Below, piece by piece: positions 49,982-61,377 of a stretch of 64,000 nt of DNA (within the stretch, counting starts at the first letter, position 1; every line of letters starts with the position of its first letter). Source of the stretch: a bacterium. GTDB taxonomy: Bacteria; Zhuqueibacterota; Zhuqueibacteria; Residuimicrobiales; Krinioviventaceae. Under the pieces are notes generated by a model. It worked only from the letters and a program-made list of their open reading frames with translations, searched no databases and was not told the DNA's origin. The DNA is taken from positions 224,001 to 288,000 of the forward strand of contig CAXXFV010000006.1 of the NCBI GenBank assembly GCA_963674595.2, written 5' to 3'. A program made the translations under genes and the position numbers.

Positions 49982-52900
49982 ATGTTCGAACAGGAACGAT
50001 CATTATTAGAAGCTCGTGTTCAAGTTTTTATCCAAAGATTAGAACGACTTGTATATAGCAGCAAAAAATTATTTGATGCTGAATATTGTATTTATGCCCC
50101 ACCGGTGGACTTTGAAAATCGTAGTCAAGGTGAATTTAAACCCATTACAGAGGGTGATTACTGGGGGGAAAATTGGCAAGTCGCATGGTTTCATTTAAAA
50201 GGGAATGTTCCAAAGGAATGGCAGGGTGAAAAAATTGCAGCATATATCAACCTTGGAGGTGAAGCTTTACTGTTTGATTCTAACGGAAACCCTGTAATAG
50301 CTTTTAGTTGTCACTCCATTTTTGATGAAAAATTTTACAGAGACAGATATATTGTAGCGGAAAAAGCCAAAGGAAATGAGACATTTGATTTTTGGATTGA
50401 AGCGACGGCTGCCGAACTTTTTGGGTTGAATATTGATTCTGATCCCGAGTTGGAAAATCCAAAACGTTTCGGTGAGCATAAAGCCAAAGTTTCAGATTTA
50501 GCTCTGGCCGTTTTTCGTGAAGATATTTGGCGGTTGCTGTTGCAGGTCGATTCCTTGAATGATATTATGAAAAAACTCGATCTAAACAGTGTTCGTCGTG
50601 CACGCATCTTGAAAGCATTAATGAATGCTATTGATATTTTTAATTCTGATCGTGATTCCGTAGCAAAAAGTCAAAAATGTCTGGAAACAGAACTGGCTAA
50701 AAAAAGTAACAGCTCTGCGCTAACAGCAGTTACCGTTGGTCACGCTCATTTGGATACGGCATGGCTGTGGCCGTTGTCTGAAACAATTCGCAAATGTGCC
50801 AGAACGTTTTCCACACAAATACGCCTTATGGAAAAGTATCCGGAATATATTTTCGGTGCATCCATGCCTCAGCACTATGCATTTGTTAAAAAGTATTATC
50901 CGAATCTATTTGATGAGATAAAAGAGAAAATTAATCAGGGCCAATGGGAACCCCAGGGAGGTATGTGGGTTGAAGCTGATTGTAACCTGATTGGCGGTGA
51001 AGCGATGGTGCGTCAGATCCTGCATGGGAAAAACTATTTTCGTGATGAATTCGGGTTTGATGTTAAAAATCTCTGGCTGCCCGATGTCTTTGGATACAGC
51101 GCAGCATTACCGCAAATTTTAAAAAAATCCGGCATAGAATACATGGTAACTCAAAAGTTATCATGGAACCAGTTTAATAAAATGCCTTCACATACTTTTG
51201 TATGGAAAGGTTTGGATGATAGTGAAATTATCGCCCATTTCCCTCCGGAAGATACCTATAATTCAAATTTAAAACCTTCGGGCCTCATGTATGCACAGGG
51301 AAATTTTAAAGAAAAAGACGAATTGGATGAATTCCTGACGCTCTTTGGAATTGGTAATGGAGGTGGAGGTCCGACAGAAGAGATGATTGAACGCGGTCTT
51401 ATACAAAAAGACCTTGAAAGTACACCAAAAGTTAAATTCAGTTCTGCACAATCTATGCTTGACCGGCTTGAAAAACATCGTGACCAGTTAATGCGCTGGG
51501 AAGGTGAGTTATATTTTGAACTTCATCGTGGAACTTTAACTTCTCAGGCCTATAATAAAAAAATGAACCGTTTTATGGAACTAAAGTTACGGGAGTTGGA
51601 ATTCCTGTATTCTTTGGTGGATTTTTCCCAATACCCTCAAAGTGATTTGGATGAAATGTGGAAAAAAGTGCTTCTTTATCAATTTCACGATATCATTCCA
51701 GGTTCGAGTATTACCAAAGTTTATGAAGATACTCGTGTCGGTTACAAGGAACTTGAACAAAAGTCTGCTGAACTTTATAACAAAGTCTGCACTCTTTTGA
51801 CAAACGAAAATCATAATTGTGTTTCACTTGTGAATTCTCTTTCATTTACATTTAAAAAACATATCGAATTACCCAAAAGTTGGTGTGGATATGAAATTCT
51901 TGATGAAGAACAAAATATAATTCCTTCTCAAATTGTCAACGGTAAACCGGTTATTTTGTATGACGTAGAATCTCTGGGAAACATCAAAGTTTTTAGAGGA
52001 CAGCAAAATGAAACTGCCGACTCTAAATTACCCAAAGAATTGGTAATGGAAAATGAATTGGTTCGGTATGAGTTTGATGAAAACGGACAAATATGCCGGG
52101 CTTTTGATAAAACATGTCACCGTGAAATTCTTTGTCAGGGTAACGGAAACATTTTGTCTCTTTATGAAGACCGTCCGGTAAACTGGGATGCCTGGGACGT
52201 TGACAGATTTTATGAAAACCAGCTTTTACAAAATGCAAATCTGATCTCCGGAGAATGGCTGGATGATGGTGACGTGTTACAACGAATCAAATTTGTTTTT
52301 GAAATCGGAACTTCAAAAATTGAACAATTTGTAATTTTGGACAGCAACAGCAAAAGACTTGATTTTGTAACCAAAGTAGACTGGGTTGAGCGTCATAAAA
52401 TGCTTCGGGTTGCTTTTCCTGTTAATATAATATCAGATACCGCATTATTTGAAATACAATATGGGTCTGTTAAAAGAAATACCCATCGTAACACAAGCTG
52501 GGATATGGCCAGGTTTGAAGTTGCCGGGCATCGTTTTGCCGATCTATCTGAACATGATTATGGTGTCGCTTTGTTAAATAATTGTAAATATGGTTATAAA
52601 GTATTTGGAAATACCCTGGACCTTAACCTGTTGAGGGCCACCGTGAATCCTGATCCTGAAGCAGACCGTGGCGTCCACGAGTTTACCTATAGTTTATTGC
52701 CTCATTGTGGAGATTTTAGCAATTCGGATGTCATTGCTGAGGCTGCTCAACTGAATCAGGGAATTTCTTTGATTGAAGGTGAAATAAACGACAATTTGTT
52801 TATGCCTGTGCAGTTAAAAGGTAACGTTATACTTGAAGTTTTGAAAAAATCGGAAAAAGAAAATGCCCATATAGTTCGTATATACGAACCATACGGGAAC

Positions 52901-53044
52901 CGTACCACTGCTTTGATTGCCTTTAATAAAGATGTAAATGTTTCTTCTGTCAATCTTATGGAAGATGTCATTGAACATGTTTCCGGGAAAAAAATAGAGC
53001 TACATTTTAAACCTTTTGAAATCAAAACATTTAAAATAGCATAA
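49982..53044 (+). CDS. GH38 alpha-mannosidase
   Basis: GHAHLDTAWLWP, GGMWVEAD, WLPDVFGY, GNGGGGP, ELHRGT, QFHDIIPGSSI; start 49982 or TTG 49964. Confidence 0.96.
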   Translation: MFEQERSLLEARVQVFIQRLERLVYSSKKLFDAEYCIYAPPVDFENRSQGEFKPITEGDYWGENWQVAWFHLKGNVPKEWQGEKIAAYINLGGEALLFDSNGNPVIAFSCHSIFDEKFYRDRYIVAEKAKGNETFDFWIEATAAELFGLNIDSDPELENPKRFGEHKAKVSDLALAVFREDIWRLLLQVDSLNDIMKKLDLNSVRRARILKALMNAIDIFNSDRDSVAKSQKCLETELAKKSNSSALTAVTVGHAHLDTAWLWPLSETIRKCARTFSTQIRLMEKYPEYIFGASMPQHYAFVKKYYPNLFDEIKEKINQGQWEPQGGMWVEADCNLIGGEAMVRQILHGKNYFRDEFGFDVKNLWLPDVFGYSAALPQILKKSGIEYMVTQKLSWNQFNKMPSHTFVWKGLDDSEIIAHFPPEDTYNSNLKPSGLMYAQGNFKEKDELDEFLTLFGIGNGGGGPTEEMIERGLIQKDLESTPKVKFSSAQSMLDRLEKHRDQLMRWEGELYFELHRGTLTSQAYNKKMNRFMELKLRELEFLYSLVDFSQYPQSDLDEMWKKVLLYQFHDIIPGSSITKVYEDTRVGYKELEQKSAELYNKVCTLLTNENHNCVSLVNSLSFTFKKHIELPKSWCGYEILDEEQNIIPSQIVNGKPVILYDVESLGNIKVFRGQQNETADSKLPKELVMENELVRYEFDENGQICRAFDKTCHREILCQGNGNILSLYEDRPVNWDAWDVDRFYENQLLQNANLISGEWLDDGDVLQRIKFVFEIGTSKIEQFVILDSNSKRLDFVTKVDWVERHKMLRVAFPVNIISDTALFEIQYGSVKRNTHRNTSWDMARFEVAGHRFADLSEHDYGVALLNNCKYGYKVFGNTLDLNLLRATVNPDPEADRGVHEFTYSLLPHCGDFSNSDVIAEAAQLNQGISLIEGEINDNLFMPVQLKGNVILEVLKKSEKENAHIVRIYEPYGNRTTALIAFNKDVNVSSVNLMEDVIEHVSGKKIELHFKPFEIKTFKIA

Positions 53045-53048
53045 TCTC

Positions 53049-53084
53049 ACAAAAGGGTTGTAATTTTACAACCCTTTTGTTTTA
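53049..53084 (+). terminator. Intrinsic terminator / palindrome after GH38
   Basis: ACAAAAGGGTTGTAA...TTACAACCCTTTTGT followed by Ts. Confidence 0.8.
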
Positions 53085-53160
53085 AAAAAGAATTTGGAAT
53101 ATTAAAATACTCGTGTATATTAATACGATTATTAATATGTAAATCTGTACAGGAGTAGCT

Positions 53161-54210
53161 ATGGAAATAAACAAGGAAAAATTCGGATTTATTAACGGTA
53201 ACGATGTTTATCTATATTCCCTGGTTAATAACAATAATGCCAAAGTACAGGTTACAAACTATGGGGGATATATCGTTTCCATTATTGTACCTGATAGAAA
53301 TGGAAATTTTGATGATGTTGTTTTAGGGCATTCTACTTTTAAGGGTTATCTTGGACACAAAGGCTATTTAGGATGTGTGGTCGGTCGCTATGCAAACAGA
53401 ATTGCCAACGGCACATTTAATTTGGAGAATGTCGAATATAAACTCGCTGTTAATAACAATACCAATCATCTTCATGGTGGCATTAAGGGATTTAACAGTA
53501 AAATCTGGAATGCGATTTTAATTGAAAATTCAGATTCCGTGGGCATTGAGCTCTCGTATAAAAGTCCGGATGGGGAGGAAGGTTATCCCGGAACACTGGA
53601 ATGCCTTATGAGATATATATGGACCAATGATAATGAACTTGTCATTGAATATCATGCAACAACAGACAAGCCGACTATTATAAATTTAACCAATCACAGC
53701 TATTTTAATTTGTCGGGCCGGGATGATATTTTGGACCATTATATTAAAATCAATGCTGATTTTTTTACACCTGTTAATCCGTCATTAATTCCCACCGGTG
53801 TTTTGCAGCCGGTGCATGATACCCCTTTGGATTTTCGAAAATCCATCAAAATCGGTGAACGTATCAATCAGGATTATGATCAATTAAACATTGCCAACGG
53901 ATACGATCATAATTGGGTATTAAATAATTATGACGGTTCCTTTCGTAAATGTTGTGAAGCTTTTGACAACGAAACCGGGCGATTGCTTGAATTGTTCACG
54001 ACAGAACCGGGTGTGCAGTTTTATACAGGTAATTTTTTAGACGGTACCATTACCGGTAAAAAGGGAAAAAGTTATCAAAAAAGATCAGGATTTTGTTTTG
54101 AAACCCAACATTATCCGGATTCTCCAAACCAACCCGAATTCCCTACAACAACACTATTACCAGGTCAAAAATATTTTCAAAAAACAAGTTTTAAATTCTC
54201 AATTCGATAA
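53161..54210 (+). CDS. galM: Aldose 1-epimerase (mutarotase)
   Basis: GRYANRI, HLHGG, GYPG, NLTNHSYFNL, GYDHN, QFYTGN, ETQHYPDSPN. Confidence 0.96.
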   Translation: MEINKEKFGFINGNDVYLYSLVNNNNAKVQVTNYGGYIVSIIVPDRNGNFDDVVLGHSTFKGYLGHKGYLGCVVGRYANRIANGTFNLENVEYKLAVNNNTNHLHGGIKGFNSKIWNAILIENSDSVGIELSYKSPDGEEGYPGTLECLMRYIWTNDNELVIEYHATTDKPTIINLTNHSYFNLSGRDDILDHYIKINADFFTPVNPSLIPTGVLQPVHDTPLDFRKSIKIGERINQDYDQLNIANGYDHNWVLNNYDGSFRKCCEAFDNETGRLLELFTTEPGVQFYTGNFLDGTITGKKGKSYQKRSGFCFETQHYPDSPNQPEFPTTTLLPGQKYFQKTSFKFSIR

Positions 54211-54223
54211 TTTAGGAGTAGAT

Positions 54224-55288
54224 GTGTTAGTACCACAAGAAATGAACGCCGCTGTTTTAACAAAATATAGAAATATTGAATATCTTCAAGTCCCTGTCCC
54301 TTCATTTACAGATGATCAGGTGCTTGTAAAGATAGGATATGCCGGGATATGCGGCAGTGATCAACATATTTTTAATGGTGATTTTCATCCAAGAACCAAA
54401 CCCAACATGATACCGGGCCATGAATTTGCCGGAACAATCGTAGCGACAGGTAAAAATGTCGAAAATTATAATATCGGCGACAGGGTGGCAGTAGACCCGA
54501 TTATTCCCTGCGGCACGTGTGCCGCTTGTGAACTCGGTCATTTCCCTGCTTGTACGTCCTTAAAGTTGCTGGGTGTGGATACAAACGGCGGTTTCGCTGA
54601 ATATGTAACTGCCGATGTGAACATGTTGTATAAACTTGATAATGCCATTTCAGAACGTGATGCAGCCATGGTGGAAATTTTTTCCATCGGCTTTCATGCC
54701 TGCAATCGTGCTCAAATAAAAGAAAACGATACGGCTGTTATTTGGGGCGCCGGACGGGTCGGACAAAGTATCCTCCAGGCCGCCCGTACAAAAACGGATA
54801 ATAAAATTATTATGATTGATGTATTACCGGACCGGTTAAAAATTGCTCAGGATAATTTTGAAAACGTATATACGGTAGATATAAACCGGCAAGACCCCCT
54901 GGAAGTAGTTAAACAAGTAACAAACGGCCGGGGCGTGGATGTTGCTTTTGAAGCTGTCGGACATGGAAAAGAGCTTAAAGATCGGGTCCATCCGGTACGA
55001 GGTTGTGTGCAAAGCATTCGGGGCGCCGGAACGGTCTGTGTTTTGGGCCTGGCTGATGATCCCGTACCTTTGATTATGAAAGAACTTATCTGGCGTGAAG
55101 GTCGAATTGTTGCTTCAAGGGTCAGTCACGGAGAGTTTAAAGAAGCTATCCACCATCTTTCACAAGGACACCTAAAGCCCGACGCACTCATTTCAAATGT
55201 TATTTCACCCGATAAAATTCAGGATGCTTTTATCGCTCTTGAAAATGAACCGGAAAAATTCCTGAAAGTTTTGATAAAGGTAGCATAA
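54224..55288 (+). CDS. Zn-dependent (sugar/polyol) dehydrogenase, MDR family
   Basis: GTG start with AGGAG; GICGSD, GHE, CxxCxxC...C, GAGRVG. Confidence 0.92.
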   Translation: MLVPQEMNAAVLTKYRNIEYLQVPVPSFTDDQVLVKIGYAGICGSDQHIFNGDFHPRTKPNMIPGHEFAGTIVATGKNVENYNIGDRVAVDPIIPCGTCAACELGHFPACTSLKLLGVDTNGGFAEYVTADVNMLYKLDNAISERDAAMVEIFSIGFHACNRAQIKENDTAVIWGAGRVGQSILQAARTKTDNKIIMIDVLPDRLKIAQDNFENVYTVDINRQDPLEVVKQVTNGRGVDVAFEAVGHGKELKDRVHPVRGCVQSIRGAGTVCVLGLADDPVPLIMKELIWREGRIVASRVSHGEFKEAIHHLSQGHLKPDALISNVISPDKIQDAFIALENEPEKFLKVLIKVA

Positions 55289-55304
55289 AAATTATGTGAG
55301 AGAT

Positions 55305-56829
55305 ATGGAACATTATCTGAAAATCGAAAACATTACGAAAACATTCCCCGGAGTTAAAGCGCTTGATAAGGTTAATTTGTTTGCTGATTTAGGTCAGGTC
55401 CATGCTATTCTTGGGGAAAATGGCGCCGGAAAATCCACCTTAATGAAAATTCTAAGTGGTGTTTATCAGGCCGATGAGGGTGATATTTTTATTCAGGGCG
55501 ATAAAGTCCATTTTGCAAACACGAAAGACGCCGAATCTGCCGGGATTGCCATTATTTATCAGGAACTGAACCTGGTACCTATTATGACGGTTGCTGAAAA
55601 TATTTTCCTTGGTAAAGAGCCACTTAATAAAATGGGACTGATTGATTACAAGCGAATGTCCGCTCTGGCCGAAAAACAGTTGGAAAAGCTGGGAGTCCCT
55701 ATTCCTGTTGATGTTCCGGTTAATCAGTTGAAAATAGGGGAGCAGCAGCTTGTGGAGATTGCCAAGGCGCTTTCACTGGACGCCAAAGTGGTAATTATGG
55801 ACGAACCTACTTCTGCATTAAGTGATAAAGAGGTGGAGAGTCTTTTCAAGATTATTGAGGTACTAAAAAATTCCAATGTTGCGGTTTTTATATATTTCTC
55901 ACAAATTGGAAGAGATTTTTACCATTGCCGACCAGGTAACGGTTTTACGGGACGGCCAATATATTGACACAAAAAGTATTGGTGAAACAGAAACAGGCCA
56001 GTTAATCAATATGATGGTGGGACGTGATGTTAAAAATTTGTTTCCAAAACACCAATGTCAACCCGGCAATGAATTATTAAAGGTGCAAAATTTATCCATT
56101 ATGCACCCGGAACAAAAAAACAGGCATCTTTTAAATAATATTTCATTCCAGTTAAAAGAAGGTGAAATTCTTGGAATTGCCGGACTGATGGGTTTCCGGA
56201 CGCACCGAATTACTCATGAGTCTTTTTGGTGCACCTCCCGGGCCGGTTGTTTCAGGCCAAATTGCCATTTTCAGGAACAGATGTACAAATTAAAAATCCG
56301 GAACAGGCCATTAATAATGGAATTGCGCTGGTTACCGAGGACCGAAAATCACTGGGGCTTTTTCTGCAATTATCCGTGAAAACAAACGCTTCTATCGCGA
56401 ATCTTGGTAAATTTTCTTCTGCCGGAGTTTTGCATCAAAAAATGGAAACAAAGGTCGTTTCAGATTATATTGAGCAGCTTCAGATTAAAACGCCGGGTAT
56501 AGACGCAGTTGTTGAAAACACTAAGCGGTGGGAATCAGCAAAAGGTCATCCTCGCTAAATGGCTCATGACCCAGCCAAAAATTTTACTTTTAGACGATCC
56601 GACTCGCGGCATTGACGTTGGTGCAAAAGAAGAGCTTTACCTGCTTATGAATAAATTTGCCAAAGAGGGTATGGGGATTATACTCGTATCTTCCGAATTA
56701 CCTGAACTGTTGGCTATGAGTGACCGTATTCTGGTACTTAACCAGGGTAATTTAACGGCCGAATTTTCTGCTCAGCAAGTTACAGAACAAAAAATAATGT
56801 TTGCCGCCACACATCAAAACAGAAATTAA
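55305..56829 (+). CDS. Sugar ABC transporter ATP-binding protein (RbsA/MglA type), interrupted by four +1 frameshifts
   Basis: [25 protein letters not shown](S)[22 protein letters not shown]. Removing one base each at ~55887, 56194, 56270 and 56516 gives a ~506-aa ORF. Confidence 0.9.
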
Positions 56830-56852
56830 AGGAAACGGAATTGCTGCAAAAC

Positions 56853-57798
56853 ATGAAAAACATTTCCAATATGTGGGGTAAACTGGCCCCATTTATGAGT
56901 TTGGGATTAATGGTAATAATCCTCACTATCCTCACACCTTATTTTTTAACCGTTGATAACCTCTTTGCTATTGGCTTACAAATGGCTGTCGTTGCCATTA
57001 TGGCAATCGGTCAAATGATGATTATTATATCTGCGGGAATAGATTTGTCTGTCGGTTCCATATTGGCGTTATCCGGTGTGACAACAACAATTTTACTGAA
57101 ATCAGGCATCGGTATTTTCCCGGCTATTCTTGTGGGATTGTTCGTTGGAACATTATGTGGAATTATGACGGGTTATTTAATCGCCAAGGGCCATCTTCCG
57201 CCATTTATCGCTACACTGGGTATGATGGGTGTTGCCCGTGGTGTCGCTCTGCTGATTACCGGCGGTGTTCCTGTTTTTGGTTTGCCGGAATCATTTAATT
57301 TTTTGGGCGGCGGGAGAATGTTCGGCATCATTCCCATACCTATCGTTTTTACAATTATTCTGGCCTTTTTAGGGACATTTTGTTCTGACACGTTTACGCT
57401 TTGGGCGATATATTTTTGCAATCGGCAGCAATCAACAGGCAGCCGAATTGTCAGGCATTAATGTTTCCCGAAATTTAATTAAAATTTATGCTATCAATGG
57501 TCTTTTGTGCGGTTTTGCCGGTATTATTTTGGCGTCACGATTAAGTACCGGTCAGCCGACAGCCGGAACAAGTTATGAACTAGATGTTATTGCCGCCTGT
57601 GTTATCGGCGGCGCCAGTTTTAGCGGTGGGGAAGGTACAATTTTAGGTGCTATTATCGGTGCGCTGATTATGGGTGTGCTGAGAAACGGATGTAATCTGC
57701 TGGATATTTCAGCATTTTGGCAGCAAATAGCCATTGGTTTGATAATTGTAATTGCTGTTTTTGTAGATCAATATAGAAAACATCATAAAAAAAGTTGA
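56853..57798 (+). CDS. Sugar ABC transporter permease (RbsC type), one +1 frameshift near 57373
   Basis: GIDLSVGS, PPFIATLG, ELDVIAACVIGGASFSGG; the corrected frame restores GRYIFAIGSN. Confidence 0.9.
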
Positions 57799-57801
57799 TG
57801 A

Positions 57802-58536
57802 TCAGGATTTTAGAATTTTTCTGATCCGATACACTTCTGTAAATATATTCATAAAATTTTTAAATGGTTCAAGGCGGCTGTCCAAATCTGCCGTCCAATG
57901 GACCGGAAATTCTTTGATCAGGTATTCTTTTTTCACTGCTCGCAAAATAATTTCAATGTCAAACAGAAATCCCTGTGTTTGACAATCACGGTACAGTTCT
58001 CTGGCAATTTCTCCATCGTAAATTTTAAATCCGCATTGAGTGTCTGTAAAATAACGAGGCAGACCCGCCCAAATTACAAGAACAATATTAATCAATTTGC
58101 TCATTATTTTTCGGTGCCAGGGCTGTGGTCTGGTTATAATACTGTCTTTTAATTTACGTGACCCATGTGCAATATGGCATGTTTTGTTTTTAATGAAATC
58201 AAGACCGGTTTCTGCATAGCGGTAGGGAATACATGAACCCGAATCGGCAAACATGACAAACTTGCCCTTTGATTGGATTATTCCGGTTTTAACAGCGGTC
58301 CCTTTACCCATATGATTGTCATAACCGAGGACATGGACCGGAATTTTTGAGGTTTTTGCTTTTTCCAGGGCTTTTTCTTTTGTTCCGTCACTACTGCCGT
58401 CATCAACAATAATTATCTCACTGTCGATTTTGTTTTCCATTAAAAAAGCTTCCGCTTCTTTAATGTCTTGACTAATTTTCTTTATTTCATTGTATACCGG
58501 AATGATGATTGAGAAATCCATATTTTCCTGTTCCAT
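57802..58536 (-). CDS. GT2 polyprenyl-phosphate glycosyltransferase (DPM1/DPG-like)
   Basis: IIPVYNE, VDDGSSDGT, GKGTAV, DTQCGFK, FDIE. Confidence 0.92.
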   Translation of the reverse strand: MEQENMDFSIIIPVYNEIKKISQDIKEAEAFLMENKIDSEIIIVDDGSSDGTKEKALEKAKTSKIPVHVLGYDNHMGKGTAVKTGIIQSKGKFVMFADSGSCIPYRYAETGLDFIKNKTCHIAHGSRKLKDSIITRPQPWHRKIMSKLINIVLVIWAGLPRYFTDTQCGFKIYDGEIARELYRDCQTQGFLFDIEIILRAVKKEYLIKEFPVHWTADLDSRLEPFKNFMNIFTEVYRIRKILKS

Positions 58537-58707
58537 AATAAAAATTTACACTACTAGATACTAAATTTATTATAATTTTACAAGGTCTTAAAATTTTTTT
58601 TTAATTTTATTTAAAATCTTTGATTTTAATATTTATTTTTATATAATGATAACGATTGCCTAAAACAGTTAATCAAACCTAAATTTAATAATATAAAGAA
58701 TTATTAA

Positions 58708-60015
58708 ATGAACCCATCCGTTACAAGAAGATCTTTCCTTAACAAATCTATAAAATGCGCACAGGCATCTCTGGCCGCCCCATTTATTATTCCCCATTCT
58801 GCATTCAGTTCTCAAAATAATATTCTACCAAGTGAAAAAATTACATTAGGCTTTATTGGCGTCGGCTCACATGGAACAGGTGTTAATCTGCGAAATTTTC
58901 TCGGACAACCCGATGCCAAAGTGCTAGCTGTTTGTGATGTTGATGAAGAACGGATGGGCCGTGCAAAAAATATTGTAGATGAAAAGTATGACAATAAAGA
59001 TTGTTCTGTATATTCTGACTTTCGTGATCTGCTCGCTCTAAAGGACATTGATGCCGTCGTTATCTCCACTCCAGACCATTGGCACGTTCCACTATCTGTT
59101 TATGCGGCGAGAGCCGGAAAAGACATTTGCTGTGAAAAGCCTACGCTGACTATACAAGAAGGGCAACAACTCTGTGATGTTATAAAAAAATATCAGCGAA
59201 TTTTCCAGACATCTACGGAAGACCGCTCTGTTTTTGTATATCATCGTATGGCCGAACTTGTTCGTAACGGTCGTATCGGTAAATTAAAATCAATTCATGT
59301 TGATTTGTGGCAGGGTCACGGCATTCTTGGTGATTATGGTAAAAACGACCGGCCGCAGCCGGTTCCAAAAGGGTTTAATTATGATCTGTGGCTGGGACCA
59401 GCGCCGGAAGCTCCCTATACGCCGGGCCGGTGTCATTATAATTTTCGCTGGATTATGGAATATTCCGGCGGCATGCTGACAGACTGGGGCGCCCATTTAC
59501 TGGATACGGCACAATGGGGAAATGATACCGAATTGACAGGTCCGATTTCCATTGATGGGAAAGGCGTTTTCCCAAAAGATGGATTATATGATACGGCCAC
59601 TGATTATAATATTGAATATATTTATAAAAATGGCATAAAGTTGATTGTTAAATCCGGTGGATGCGGCATTCGTTTTATCGGATCCGACGGATGGGTTGGT
59701 AATACAGGATGGAGAGGTCCTCTTGAAGCATCTTCTCAACAGATATTACATTCCTACATAGGTCCGGAAGAAACCCATCTCTATACCTGCAAAGGTGGTG
59801 AACACCGAAATTTTTTAGACTGTGTCAAATCCCGGAAACAACCGTATTTCCCTGTGGAAATTGGTCACCGTTGCTGTTCTTTATTGCATTTGGGAAATAT
59901 TTCCATGATTTTGAACAAAAAACTTGAATGGGATCCGGATAGACAACTTTTTCCCAATGATCCGGAAGCGAATCGATATTTGTCTAGACCGAGACGCAGT
60001 CCCTGGCATTTGTAA
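58708..60015 (+). CDS. Tat-exported Gfo/Idh/MocA oxidoreductase (copy 1)
   Basis: TRRSFL; IGVG, TPDHWH, CEKP, DLWLGPAP, DWGAH. Confidence 0.93.
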   Translation: MNPSVTRRSFLNKSIKCAQASLAAPFIIPHSAFSSQNNILPSEKITLGFIGVGSHGTGVNLRNFLGQPDAKVLAVCDVDEERMGRAKNIVDEKYDNKDCSVYSDFRDLLALKDIDAVVISTPDHWHVPLSVYAARAGKDICCEKPTLTIQEGQQLCDVIKKYQRIFQTSTEDRSVFVYHRMAELVRNGRIGKLKSIHVDLWQGHGILGDYGKNDRPQPVPKGFNYDLWLGPAPEAPYTPGRCHYNFRWIMEYSGGMLTDWGAHLLDTAQWGNDTELTGPISIDGKGVFPKDGLYDTATDYNIEYIYKNGIKLIVKSGGCGIRFIGSDGWVGNTGWRGPLEASSQQILHSYIGPEETHLYTCKGGEHRNFLDCVKSRKQPYFPVEIGHRCCSLLHLGNISMILNKKLEWDPDRQLFPNDPEANRYLSRPRRSPWHL

Positions 60016-60064
60016 ATATTTGCTTGTTGATAAATGGTCTGGAAAATAAAAATATGAGGGAGCA

Positions 60065-61357
60065 ATGAAAGATCGTCGTCAATTTTTAAAAACGAGCGCC
60101 CTGTTGGCAGGAGCCTCCTTATTTCCCACAATAGTTCCTGGTTCTGTATTTGGGAAAACCAGCCGAACTTTACCAAGTGACCGAATTACCATGGGATTTA
60201 TCGGTGTCGGAGGAATGGGAACCGGAAATCTCAGAGGATTTTTGGAAAAAGAAAATTCCCAGGTGCTTGCCGTATGTGATGTTGATGCTGAACATCGCCA
60301 AAACGCCATTGATATTATTAATGAAAAATACAATAATAAAGATTGTGCCGGATATAATGATTTTCGTGAACTGCTCGCACGTAAAGATATTGATGCCGTT
60401 TGTATTGCAGTACCGGACCATTGGCATGCCGTGGCTGCTATACATGCCATACGGGCAGGAAAAGACATTTATGCAGAAAAGCCGCTGGCCTATACAATAT
60501 CAGAGGGTCGTGCCATTGTTGATGCTGTTGAAAAATATCAAACAGTTTGGCAAACAGGCAGTCAGCAGCGCTCGGAACAGAATTTCAGATTTGCTTGTGA
60601 ACTGGTTAGAAACGGAAGAATCGGCCAGGTTAAAACGGTTCGTGTAGGCTTGCCCTATGGTAACAGTATTCATACAGGAAGTACACGGCCGACATTACCA
60701 CCAAAGGGTTTTGATTATAATATGTGGCTTGGCCCTGCACCCTATGAACCTTATTGTCCGGCACGATGTCACTGGAATTTTCGCTGGCATAGCGATTATG
60801 GCGGCGGACAGTTGACGGATTGGGCGGGCCATCATATAGATATTGCGCAGTGGGGCATGAATACAGAGTTATCTTCACCGGTTGAAATCGAAGGTAAAGC
60901 TGTTTTCCCGGCTGCCAAAGACGGCTTGTTTGATACGGCTGAATCATACCGTTTTGAATGCAAATATCGTGAAGGTTTTACAATGATTGTTGCAGACAGA
61001 CAGCAGCAAAAAATGGGAACCTTGTTTGAAGGCAGTAAAGGATGGGTTTATGTACGTCGCGGTTATATCGATGCTTCTCCCAAATCTTTACTTTTTTCAA
61101 AAATACTGCCTAATGAAGTTCATTTATATAAAAGTAATGATCATCGACAGAATTTTTTGGACTGTGTTAAATCCCGTAATGAAACAGTAGCCCCTGCCAA
61201 AGTTGCACATCGGTCTATTATGGTTGCTCATTTGGGGCTTATTGCCATGAAATTAAAGCGCAAAGTTTATTGGAATCCTGAAACCGAAAAGTTTATTGAC
61301 GATCCCGTTGCTGACAGATTACTATCAAGACCCATGCGGAGTCCCTGGCATATATAA
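60065..61357 (+). CDS. Tat-exported Gfo/Idh/MocA oxidoreductase (copy 2)
   Basis: DRRQFLK; PDHWH, EKP, GSQQRS, WLGPAP, DWAGHH. Confidence 0.93.
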   Translation: MKDRRQFLKTSALLAGASLFPTIVPGSVFGKTSRTLPSDRITMGFIGVGGMGTGNLRGFLEKENSQVLAVCDVDAEHRQNAIDIINEKYNNKDCAGYNDFRELLARKDIDAVCIAVPDHWHAVAAIHAIRAGKDIYAEKPLAYTISEGRAIVDAVEKYQTVWQTGSQQRSEQNFRFACELVRNGRIGQVKTVRVGLPYGNSIHTGSTRPTLPPKGFDYNMWLGPAPYEPYCPARCHWNFRWHSDYGGGQLTDWAGHHIDIAQWGMNTELSSPVEIEGKAVFPAAKDGLFDTAESYRFECKYREGFTMIVADRQQQKMGTLFEGSKGWVYVRRGYIDASPKSLLFSKILPNEVHLYKSNDHRQNFLDCVKSRNETVAPAKVAHRSIMVAHLGLIAMKLKRKVYWNPETEKFIDDPVADRLLSRPMRSPWHI

Positions 61358-61377
61358 CGAGATACTGAGGAGGTTCA

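Noticed and set aside
54098-54223. Extended start of the Zn-dehydrogenase
   Set aside because: Overlaps galM; the AGGAG RBS supports GTG 54224
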